A stretch of 64,000 nucleotides of DNA from a virus (lineage: Duplodnaviria > Caudoviricetes). A program made the position numbers and the translations under genes. Shown here one piece after another: positions 51,450 to 59,425 of this stretch (its first letter is position 1; each line of letters starts with the position of its first letter). The notes below the pieces were generated by a model that worked only from the letters and a program-made list of their open reading frames with translations, did no database searches and was not told the origin of the DNA. The DNA is taken from IMG/VR virus record IMGVR_UViG_3300032303_003166, positions 29,584-93,583 of that record; one strand, 5' to 3'.

Positions 51450-51883
51450 AAAAGAAATTCAAATTAGGAACAGTGTGGGCGGTGTGGGCCTATTTTGTGC
51501 TATTCTTTTTGCTGCTAATATTGCAAGCTATTGACACAGTTCTTATTCCTATGGAAATGGCCATTTATTCTCTTATGATGATCGTGGGGTCCTATATAGG
51601 ACTGGACCAGGCTGCCACTTTTGTATCCTCTATGAAAATGCCTGAAGGCATAAAATATGAAGGATCAAAAGAGAAGCTACGTAACATAGCCATTGCCATG
51701 GTACTTGTACTAGCAGAGGGCCTCATTGTTCAATACATAATCAAGCCTAGAATTCTACCCTTAGATCAGCTTTTCTTTGCTACCGGACTAATACTGAGTA
51801 TCTATGTTGGTGGTAACAAAGCTGCCAATATTGCTGCTAATATAAGCCCTAAAAAAGACGAAAAAGAGCAGAAAAACCAATAA
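51446..51883 (+). CDS. holin-like 4-TM protein (internally duplicated)
   Basis: Two 2-TM halves ending YIG/YVG; basic C-terminus. Confidence 0.55.
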   Translation: MKKKFKLGTVWAVWAYFVLFFLLLILQAIDTVLIPMEMAIYSLMMIVGSYIGLDQAATFVSSMKMPEGIKYEGSKEKLRNIAIAMVLVLAEGLIVQYIIKPRILPLDQLFFATGLILSIYVGGNKAANIAANISPKKDEKEQKNQ

Positions 51884-51912
51884 TTAACTAAGTTAATTAG
51901 AGAGGTTAGAAC

Positions 51913-52311
51913 ATGACGTATAATGATGTTGAGTACTTGAATGCACTCATAACTGCAATTTCTGTTGATCAGCAAGGTCAAGAAAGAGATCTTGGTATTA
52001 AAATAAAGGTTAAATTTCTAAAGATTGCAGCAGCAATTGAATCAGAAGTATCTGCAATTTTAAAGCTAAAGAACGGTCTTTATCAAAAGTATGGTGAGAC
52101 GCTAGAAGATGGTCAAACCATACAGGTAAAAGAAGAAAATAAAGATGCATTCTTTAAAGACCTTAAGGACCTTTATGATACGCCTTCAGATGTAGAGATT
52201 GCGGCTAAATTTGATGAAGATACTTTTATTGATACCTGTGAAAAACTAAAGATAAACCTATCATTTAAAGATATTCAATTCTTACAAAATACTTTATTTG
52301 AGACTGTATGA
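51913..52311 (+). CDS. hypothetical protein (DUF1617-like)
   Basis: LYQKYGE...ENKDAFFKDLKDL pattern. Confidence 0.45.
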   Translation: MTYNDVEYLNALITAISVDQQGQERDLGIKIKVKFLKIAAAIESEVSAILKLKNGLYQKYGETLEDGQTIQVKEENKDAFFKDLKDLYDTPSDVEIAAKFDEDTFIDTCEKLKINLSFKDIQFLQNTLFETV

Positions 52312-52730
52312 TAAAATCTCCTAAGTCAGTTTTTCAACAAAAGCTAAAAGAAAACTTAAGATCACAAAACTCCAAGTCCATAGTCCAAGATTTGATTAAA
52401 TTACATCTTTTCAAGAACGCAGACAAAGATCCTGATCAGTTGATTTTGGTGGAGTTGTATAACTACTTGGGAATAGAGAAGTTCATGGATTTCATGAATA
52501 CTTTTCAAGGCAAAAAGATAATTATGCCTTCCAAAGAAGATTTTAAAGATACTCTTGTTATTTCACTATGCTATTACTATAGAGATGTAGAAAAAAAGTC
52601 ATGGGAGGATGTAAAGTCATTACTTAACCTCCCAGACTTATCTTCTATAAAATATGGAGTGAAGCTTGGCCAACTAAGTGACTTCATTCAGAAGCAATGC
52701 ACTATTTTGGCAAAGAAAGAAGAGGAATAG
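52308..52730 (+). CDS. Mor/C-like transcription regulator
   Basis: ELYNYLGIEKFMDFMNTFQGKKIIMPS followed by an HTH-like segment. Confidence 0.5.
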   Translation: MIKSPKSVFQQKLKENLRSQNSKSIVQDLIKLHLFKNADKDPDQLILVELYNYLGIEKFMDFMNTFQGKKIIMPSKEDFKDTLVISLCYYYRDVEKKSWEDVKSLLNLPDLSSIKYGVKLGQLSDFIQKQCTILAKKEEE

Positions 52731-52733
52731 AAA

Positions 52734-53219
52734 ATGACATCCAAAGAACTTAACGAAATGAAGAAAATTCATGACGTATTAGCTGTGGGAGACGATGAAC
52801 TAGAAGAATTACGCATTAAAAAGTTTAATCCGCATGAAGACATTGAAACCACTCTAACTGACTTTTTAAAGACTCGTCTTAAGAAGCTGGAGTCTGATCA
52901 AATGTTTGAGTTAGCGGTAAAGAATAATATAATGACCAGAATCTCTGAAGCTAACATTCCTCAGCTTATTCAGCTGCTGGATATTACACAAAAGAATCAG
53001 AATTCTGGAACAATGACACTTCTCAGTCCTTTTATCTCACAAGCTGGTGAAAAAACGCTGCTAGACAGACAAAAAATAATTGATCAAGGTCAAGGACCAA
53101 CAGAAGAGCAGCTGTTTACTGGTGCAGGCCGCGATGTTCTACAAGGTTTAGATCAATTGAAGAGCTTATTAACAGTAATTGATGAAAATAATAAAGGTAA
53201 GTTAAAAACACCTGAATAA
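52734..53219 (+). CDS. hypothetical helical protein
   Basis: GAGG RBS, 161 aa. Confidence 0.55.
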   Translation: MTSKELNEMKKIHDVLAVGDDELEELRIKKFNPHEDIETTLTDFLKTRLKKLESDQMFELAVKNNIMTRISEANIPQLIQLLDITQKNQNSGTMTLLSPFISQAGEKTLLDRQKIIDQGQGPTEEQLFTGAGRDVLQGLDQLKSLLTVIDENNKGKLKTPE

Positions 53220-53287
53220 TGAATAGGAAAGGAAGGAATAATATTCCAGCCTTTCTCAACCTGTTTTAGGTCTATCCTATCCACTTA

Positions 53288-55129
53288 TTAATTAGTGATG
53301 AAAGAGTATTCATCTTCTTCATCCGCTTTAAAGATACTTTTCCATTCTTCTGTACTTAGAGTGTCCTTAGACAGCAGCTTTTCATTAAGCATACCCTTGG
53401 TTTCTAGGTTTTTATCCATATACACATCCAAAGAGCCAGAATAAAGCAATACATAGGTACTTACATTACGAGTTTGCCCAATTCTGTGAATTCTGGCCAT
53501 AGATTGACTAAAAGTGATATAATCAAAGGTTCTTTCAACATAAACCTGACACGTAGCCTCAGTTACAGTGACTGAAGTGTTTAGAACTTGAATTCCAGCT
53601 ATAAGAATTCTATTTTTCTTGTTATTTTTGAATTTTTCAACAAGATCTCTCTTCATTTCATCACGAGTCATGCCTGCAGGTATTTCTGTTTCACCATTTA
53701 TCACAATAGGGTCATGCTTGAGGTATTTTTGTCTTAAGATCTCAGCAGTCTTAGGATGAGAGGTCCACAAGATCATTTTTTCTTCATTTTCTACTACATG
53801 TTCGTCAATCAAGCCATCTAGGACTGCATATTTTTCCAAATTTTCAACTTTAAAACGTTGAATAGCCCTGTTGACATCACTTGGGAGCTTTTCTTCATGA
53901 CTTTCAAGGAATTTTGGGTTTTCCAAGCTCAACATGAGGTATTGGAACTTATTTTGAATCATTCTCATGTCAGAAAACTGCTGCATTTCATGTTTTATGA
54001 ATTTTTCATACACTTCTCTATGAGTATCTGACATTCTAACGTATATTTTCTTCATAAAATTCTCTGGAAGAACAATATGATCTTCAACTCGCCTATGAGA
54101 CGCATAAGTTTTACGAATATTGTCCATCAGAGCATCAATTTTGTCTTTTTTAAAATAATTTATAGCATACGCAGAAAAACGATTGCCAATTGACGCATAC
54201 TCTGCTAGCCAATCTGTAAAATTATAGTTGTGAACCAGGCCAGGATCAAGAATGTTTAATTGACTGTATATTTTTTCTACTTTATCAACAAAAGTTCCAG
54301 TGCTGAGGTAACGAAAATAGAATTGATCAGCAATAAGCTTAATAGTAGCATATCTACGTGATTGCGGATTGCCAACACAATGAGACTCGTCAAGAATAAG
54401 ACAGGCTTTTTTATCTCCAATCCATTTGGCGATTGGTAGCGGAGATGAACGATATTTAACACCGCTTTTTTTATTCTTGATTTTATAATTTTTATCAGAG
54501 ATAAGTCTAAAAGTATCAAAGTCTGTTATAACAATTCGCTTATTTGATTCAAACACATCAACACTATCTTTATTGGCTATTACCATGTCTTCTTCTAAGA
54601 AGTGAGTAAACTTTAGAAGCTCATGATAGAAGTTATAAGTGCCGCTTCTGGTGGTAAGAATTAATATTTTACCTAGGTCATCTAGCTTTGTTAGATGAGA
54701 CAGAACACCAGATAAGATATAGCTCTTACCAAGTCCCATTTCAAGATCAAAAAGATATCTATTGCGACTTATACCTTTGATGATGTCTTGTTTTTGATAG
54801 TCTTCATTAGGAGAGATTCCTTTTACTGGAGATTTCTTAAGAAGTGATTGATCAAAGCTTCTACGCTCTGGAAAAATTTCTTGTTGCTTACCTACAGTTA
54901 ACAACAACTCATTAAGTTTCTTTTCATTCACAAAAGAAATTGAGATAATGTCCAATTCAGAAAGCTTTTCTCTTATAGATTCATATTTAGGTAAGCTTAT
55001 TGTCCAATCTTTTTCATCAGGATTAAAAGTGCAGTGTTGAGATTTTAAAAATAGAATCACATCAGAGAAAGCTTTGCTTCCTGGAAAATTAACAACAACT
55101 TTGGAGTCTCTAACTGAGAATTCAATCAC
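53288..55129 (-). CDS. SNF2-family helicase
   Basis: LEMGLGKS, ILDESH, STGT, QSMARIHRIGQ. Confidence 0.92.
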   Translation of the reverse strand: MIEFSVRDSKVVVNFPGSKAFSDVILFLKSQHCTFNPDEKDWTISLPKYESIREKLSELDIISISFVNEKKLNELLLTVGKQQEIFPERRSFDQSLLKKSPVKGISPNEDYQKQDIIKGISRNRYLFDLEMGLGKSYILSGVLSHLTKLDDLGKILILTTRSGTYNFYHELLKFTHFLEEDMVIANKDSVDVFESNKRIVITDFDTFRLISDKNYKIKNKKSGVKYRSSPLPIAKWIGDKKACLILDESHCVGNPQSRRYATIKLIADQFYFRYLSTGTFVDKVEKIYSQLNILDPGLVHNYNFTDWLAEYASIGNRFSAYAINYFKKDKIDALMDNIRKTYASHRRVEDHIVLPENFMKKIYVRMSDTHREVYEKFIKHEMQQFSDMRMIQNKFQYLMLSLENPKFLESHEEKLPSDVNRAIQRFKVENLEKYAVLDGLIDEHVVENEEKMILWTSHPKTAEILRQKYLKHDPIVINGETEIPAGMTRDEMKRDLVEKFKNNKKNRILIAGIQVLNTSVTVTEATCQVYVERTFDYITFSQSMARIHRIGQTRNVSTYVLLYSGSLDVYMDKNLETKGMLNEKLLSKDTLSTEEWKSIFKADEEDEYSFITN

Positions 55130-55929
55130 TTCTTGGCGACCAGTTTCTTATACTTATCATAAGAGACTCCGCTTTTATAAAAGCCACCTAGCTTGGGATC
55201 ACAGATCTTTTCTTCAATCTCAAGAGGAATTTCCCATTGTTCCGGATAGCGTCTTTCAAATTCTTCTTTGATCTTGTTATACATTATATCTAACTCGTCA
55301 CGATGAACATAGAAGTCTACAGCGTCATGTACCTGATCAATAATTCTACTTTTCATTTTGTTTTCAATAAGCCACTCATGTATAATAGCAATAGGACGAT
55401 TAATAGATCCACTCTCAAAGTTTTGAATATCACTATTTGTAGCAATGTTATTTAAGTTGGCAAATTCCTCACCATATTCTTTCTGATCATCCTTTCCAGA
55501 AAGAAATAGCTGTGGAACTCTACGAAGAGAACCAAATACAGAGCGAATATATCCGTGTTCTTTTGCAAAAGCACGATTCTTTTGTACTCTATCAAGAAGT
55601 CCTGGATAGGTCTTAAAGAAATTGTTTCTAATAAAGCTTGCGCATGCAACCAGCTTTGCTTGGCGTAGAGTAAGATCTTTCTTTTTCTCAAAAATGCCAT
55701 GAACATGATCATTAAGCTTATTGTCTTCAAGAAAGTTGTCAATCTCATCATCAGTCCAAGAAATATCCAGATCTTTTAATGCGAATGACTGAGCACCACG
55801 AGCAAAAATAAAGGCAAGACCTACTTTTTTTCCTTGGTCTCTATAGCCTTTAAATAGCTTAGTCTTCTTTAAATTCACAAAGTCATTTACAGACCTGACT
55901 TCAAATTCTTCAATGGATGCAATTTTCAT
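55126..55929 (-). CDS. polA: DNA polymerase family A, C-terminal fragment (motifs B and C) with IntC-like N-terminus
   Basis: YRDQGKKVGLAFIF, FFKTYPG, GYIRSVFGSLRR, NSDIQ, QVHDA. Confidence 0.9.
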   Translation of the reverse strand: MKIASIEEFEVRSVNDFVNLKKTKLFKGYRDQGKKVGLAFIFARGAQSFALKDLDISWTDDEIDNFLEDNKLNDHVHGIFEKKKDLTLRQAKLVACASFIRNNFFKTYPGLLDRVQKNRAFAKEHGYIRSVFGSLRRVPQLFLSGKDDQKEYGEEFANLNNIATNSDIQNFESGSINRPIAIIHEWLIENKMKSRIIDQVHDAVDFYVHRDELDIMYNKIKEEFERRYPEQWEIPLEIEEKICDPKLGGFYKSGVSYDKYKKLVAKK

Positions 55930-55948
55930 ATAGATAATATAACCTTAT

Positions 55949-56503
55949 TTAGGCAGGACAATGAATAAGAGAAATTCCGGAGGAATCAAATAGTTTTCTA
56001 GTGTCATCACCAGAATGAATATACTTTTCAATGTAGTATACATTACTTGGCCGTAAGCTTACTAGGAGTTTAGCGCAATTTATACACGGCTCTAGTGTGC
56101 AATAGATGTCGCATCCGGCCAATGAGGTTCCGGTTCGTGCTGCTTCAGCAATAAGGTTCTGTTCAGCGTGTAATTCATGGGTATTTGACCACTCATGATG
56201 AATATGTTTCCACTCTTTGGTAGAAATCCATTCTTGATATAATTCAATCTCTAAAACATTTTTAGCTTTATTAGAAAACCAACCGCTTGTTTCATATGCT
56301 TTTCTAAAATCTGAAATTAAATACTCTTCCTTCCAGTGATCTACACAATTTGTAGATCCTTTAGGTGTACCGTTAATTCCAGTCTGAACAATATGACCAT
56401 CTTTAATAGCTAAAGCACAAACTTTTACAGATTCACAATGAGATTCTTGAGCAAATCTTTTTGCAATATCCATAAATAGAGCATGCTTTCTATCAGAATT
56501 CAC
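55949..56503 (-). CDS. dCMP deaminase
   Basis: GINGTP, HAEQN, PCINC. Confidence 0.92.
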   Translation of the reverse strand: MNSDRKHALFMDIAKRFAQESHCESVKVCALAIKDGHIVQTGINGTPKGSTNCVDHWKEEYLISDFRKAYETSGWFSNKAKNVLEIELYQEWISTKEWKHIHHEWSNTHELHAEQNLIAEAARTGTSLAGCDIYCTLEPCINCAKLLVSLRPSNVYYIEKYIHSGDDTRKLFDSSGISLIHCPA

Positions 56504-56703
56504 GAAAAGATTCCTCTAATATAAATGCATTCTTGTCTAATAGATTTAAGATTGCTTGTTCTAAGAGCATCTTCAATTCTTGCAATAGCTTCTAAAACCT
56601 CTTGCTTTTTTTGAACTAAAGTCATTGTGGATTCTAGTGATGAATTTATTTTTTTATTATCTATATTTCCAATCACTATGTTTGTCATTCTATTTCTAAC
56701 CAC
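56500..56703 (-). CDS. small hypothetical protein
   Basis: Coupled ORF; true start uncertain. Confidence 0.45.
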   Translation of the reverse strand: MVRNRMTNIVIGNIDNKKINSSLESTMTLVQKKQEVLEAIARIEDALRTSNLKSIRQECIYIRGIFS

Positions 56704-57512
56704 TCATTAAGACTGCCAGAGATATCTTCTAGAGGCTTATTATATTGATCAGTCAGCTTATGATTAGGAACTCCATTCTTATCTATTAAGCTTTCTTTAA
56801 GAATCATTTTATTATAAGAGATAGGGCTAGTAGACATTTTTTCTAAGAGTTCCCAATCATTCTCATATGCATGAAGACTATTTGTAAAAAAGTTTAACAA
56901 GCCAACTTTAAGACCTGGATAATCCTCTAAAAGTAATAAATACATAGATTGAAGAAGTGAACTAAAGAAAGGAATGTCAAATGCAATTCCCATTTTAATA
57001 TCACTACTTCTCATATTAATAGAGAAATCCAATACGCTATTTCTAATAGAAAAAAGACCATAAACAGTGCATGGAAAATCTTTGTTTCCAAAGTGCCTAT
57101 GGGAAATGTTGTTGAAGTGAAGAATGGCTTGACGAGTATCTTTATCTGCTTTAAGAGATTCATAGGCCCATACCCATCCGGAAACCCCATGCTCATTGGG
57201 CTTCATAATAAGATCACCGTAATTTGAATTAATTAGTCCAGCTTCATCTGCTAATCTCTCCCAAAACTTAGAATATTGAGTGATCCATTTAACTGATCTG
57301 TCCCCACTTAAATACCAAATCATTTCTGCAGCAAAATACTTTAGCGGAGTTGATCTATGTTCATTCTCATATAATGGAAAAAATGGATCAATAGAGTATT
57401 GAACATTTCTATTCTCTCTAATTTTCATTCCACGAGGAGATGTTTCATATTTATAAAAAAAACATGTGTCAGAGATCATCTCTGCAAACCAATTGTGTGC
57501 TTTACTTTCCAT
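56685..57512 (-). CDS. thymidylate-synthase-fold dCMP (hydroxy)methylase, T4 gp42-like
   Basis: INSNYG, DFPCT, NMRSSD...GIAFD (Asp at the ThyA Asn177 position), SLHAY. Confidence 0.75.
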   Translation of the reverse strand: MESKAHNWFAEMISDTCFFYKYETSPRGMKIRENRNVQYSIDPFFPLYENEHRSTPLKYFAAEMIWYLSGDRSVKWITQYSKFWERLADEAGLINSNYGDLIMKPNEHGVSGWVWAYESLKADKDTRQAILHFNNISHRHFGNKDFPCTVYGLFSIRNSVLDFSINMRSSDIKMGIAFDIPFFSSLLQSMYLLLLEDYPGLKVGLLNFFTNSLHAYENDWELLEKMSTSPISYNKMILKESLIDKNGVPNHKLTDQYNKPLEDISGSLNEWLEIE

Positions 57513-57535
57513 ATGTAAAATATAACCTCTCTTCT

Positions 57536-57805
57536 TCAATTATCACAATAGAGCTCGCCACCCTTGAAAGTCCAATCTTGGCATCCTTGGCATAGACCGC
57601 TCGACAAGTATTCTCTGTATGCAAATTTTGTTCTAAAGCCGCGCGCTTTATTTCCACAAGACGGACAAAGGTCAAGCTGCATATTCATGATAGATCTTTC
57701 AAATGGACCCTCTTGATCCATAGTCATATGAAACATATCTTTAAAAACTTGATTTGCTTCAACCATCATCCTAAGTTGCTGATCTTTGTCATTCATCATT
57801 CCCAA
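57536..57805 (-). CDS. small zinc-ribbon protein
   Basis: CPSC...EY..SGLCQGCQD. Confidence 0.6.
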   Translation of the reverse strand: MGMMNDKDQQLRMMVEANQVFKDMFHMTMDQEGPFERSIMNMQLDLCPSCGNKARGFRTKFAYREYLSSGLCQGCQDWTFKGGELYCDN

Positions 57806-58113
57806 GTCCTATCAATATTAAATGGAGAGTCCTTGATGTTAAGAGGTATGCCTTTTCTGCCTGCATCATAAACCGCTGCTAACACTCCCACTATAGAGGC
57901 AAGATCTCGTGCATCAACATGATTTGCTCCCATCTGATGCATAAGATATATCATTTCTTCAACAACATCACAATCATAAGGATAAGCGTTTTGATTATCT
58001 CTTAGTGGAAAAGTTGTAAATAGTTGAGCATCATTAATCATGAACTTGGCTTTGTTCATGGACTTATTAAGTACTTTCTTAAGTGTTAATTTTATAGGCT
58101 CTTTATCATCCAT
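57796..58113 (-). CDS. hypothetical protein
   Basis: GTTATATT motif and AGGA RBS upstream. Confidence 0.55.
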   Translation of the reverse strand: MDDKEPIKLTLKKVLNKSMNKAKFMINDAQLFTTFPLRDNQNAYPYDCDVVEEMIYLMHQMGANHVDARDLASIVGVLAAVYDAGRKGIPLNIKDSPFNIDRTWE

Positions 58114-58143
58114 TAATTTCCTACCTTGTTAAAATATAACCAG

Positions 58144-58515
58144 TTATTGAGGCTTAGGTAAGAAATAAGCTCCAACAGCTATTATCTCTGATAGCTTTGT
58201 TGGATCTTGAACAGGAAGATGATATCTATATCCGCCGTGGTACATTAATTCAGCAATTGGTGGATATTGTTTTCTTACCACATCTACTCTATCACGCAAC
58301 TTAACGTATTCATCTTTGGCTTCTTCAAAGTCTTTATCTTTTTGCTTAATAAGTTCTATTGCACTTTTAAGAGCTTTTTCTAGTTGACGTATTCGCTGCT
58401 CTTTCTCTATAACAGCGTTTCTAAAAGTTCTAGCGCGATAACGCTGCTCAGTTAATTGAACTTCATATTCTTCTAGAGTGTCATAATGTAATTCAATCTT
58501 TTCTTCTTCTGACAT
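58144..58515 (-). CDS. coiled-coil hypothetical protein
   Basis: Begins 7 nt after the tmRNA-like RNA. Confidence 0.55.
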   Translation of the reverse strand: MSEEEKIELHYDTLEEYEVQLTEQRYRARTFRNAVIEKEQRIRQLEKALKSAIELIKQKDKDFEEAKDEYVKLRDRVDVVRKQYPPIAELMYHGGYRYHLPVQDPTKLSEIIAVGAYFLPKPQ

Positions 58516-58521
58516 ATCTTA

Positions 58522-58637
58522 TGGACCTGTTGGCTTTGCAGCCAAGTCTTTCATCTTCCTTGACCTTTCATTCTTGTAGGCGTTTTGTCGGTCTTCTCTT
58601 TCGAATGGCGTGATGAAATCGAAACTATTGCAGGCCC
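58522..58637 (-). ncRNA. miniature tmRNA-like RNA (tRNA-like domain only, 116 nt)
   Basis: Acceptor GGGCCTG/CAGGTCC-A with G3.U70. Unpaired D-loop ending TTCGA. P2a TTTCATC/GATGAAA, GAC linker, T-arm TTGGC-TGCAAA-GCCAA. Confidence 0.75.
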
Positions 58638-58641
58638 TGAA

Positions 58642-58713
58642 TTGCAGTCTCAGGATTTGAACCTGAAATGTCACGGCTTATGGGGCCGGATAGTCACCTC
58701 TTCTCTGACTGCT
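58642..58713 (-). tRNA. degenerate tRNA-Met(CAT)-like gene
   Basis: Acceptor GCAGTC/GACTGC with A1.A72 mismatch; T-arm TCAGG-TTCAAAT-CCTGA; anticodon arm CGGC-CCCATAA-GCCG; poor D-arm; no encoded CCA. Confidence 0.7.
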
Positions 58714-58718
58714 ATTTT

Positions 58719-58725
58719 ACTTAGT
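58719..58725 (-). promoter_or_regulatory. late-type promoter ACTAAGT driving the RNA pair
   Basis: Recurrent ACTAAnT motif 5 nt upstream of tRNA position 1. Confidence 0.55.
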
Positions 58726-58900
58726 AATCATCCCAATTGGCGTATTCATCTTCTACGTCGTCTTCGTCTTCTTCATCATCGCTATATTCTTCATCATCAA
58801 TATTGTCTTCATAATCATCTTCATAGTCATCGTCTATGCCATCATCGTCAAAATCATTATCATCAATTAGGTCTTCATCTTCAAGATCTTCATCAATCAT
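58721..58900 (-). CDS. 59-aa hyper-acidic peptide (not in ORF track)
   Basis: GGAGGT RBS; 38 of 59 residues Asp/Glu, no Lys/Arg. Confidence 0.7.
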   Translation of the reverse strand: MIDEDLEDEDLIDDNDFDDDGIDDDYEDDYEDNIDDEEYSDDEEDEDDVEDEYANWDDY

Positions 58901-58913
58901 TTAACACCTCCAA

Positions 58914-59108
58914 TTATTTTTTTAGTTGAATTTCTTTCAAATTAGTTTCAGAATGAGAATCCATAGGCGTATCACTATTAACAAATTCGTTTAATTGCTT
59001 GGTAAGAGCATTAACCTTAATGTCTAACGCTCTATATGAAAGAACAGCAACGCCAAATAAAAAGAAAATGGCTATTGACATAGCCATAACAGCCTGTTCA
59101 AGTTTCAC
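58914..59108 (-). CDS. small membrane-anchored protein
   Basis: N-terminal TM; GAGG RBS. Confidence 0.5.
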   Translation of the reverse strand: MKLEQAVMAMSIAIFFLFGVAVLSYRALDIKVNALTKQLNEFVNSDTPMDSHSETNLKEIQLKK

Positions 59109-59326
59109 TTATTAAACCTCACATCAAACTGCTCCCAGCATTCACGATGTAGAGTTCTCAACTCTTCATACACCGCGATCTGGTCTTCAGACTTATGTTC
59201 ATTATATTTGATGATGGATCTGAGCTTGTTATCAAACTCAGCTGCTGCTGCCGCCATGGCCCAAGCTTTCATTGCTTGAACTGCCTCATCGTGTTCTTCT
59301 TCAGAAAAAACTAAAGTTGTAGTCAT
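59105..59326 (-). CDS. hypothetical early protein
   Basis: AAGGAGG RBS, sigma70-like promoter upstream. Confidence 0.6.
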   Translation of the reverse strand: MTTTLVFSEEEHDEAVQAMKAWAMAAAAAEFDNKLRSIIKYNEHKSEDQIAVYEELRTLHRECWEQFDVRFNK

Positions 59327-59371
59327 TTAGGGCCCTCCTTAAAATCTAGCCAGGTAACTAATACTATAGTT

Positions 59372-59399
59372 AATATAACTAGAAAAAGAAAACTGTAAA
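59372..59399 (-). promoter_or_regulatory. sigma70-like promoter
   Basis: TTTACA-16nt-TATATT. Confidence 0.6.
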
Positions 59400-59425
59400 T
59401 AATAATTTGTCCAGTTAACAAGAAA

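Noticed and set aside
58519-58582. ssrA-like tag ORF in the mini-tmRNA (GCC TAC AAG...TTG GCT GCA = ...LAA)
   Set aside because: The LAA codons are the T-arm itself, and the frame runs through the acceptor stem before stopping, which is incompatible with a normal tag domain.
58585-58929. His-rich 114-aa ORF on the + strand and similar shadow ORFs (e.g. 24526..24876, 35642..35998, 4155..4611)
   Set aside because: These are antisense or alternate-frame shadows of low-complexity genes or RNAs and lack an RBS.
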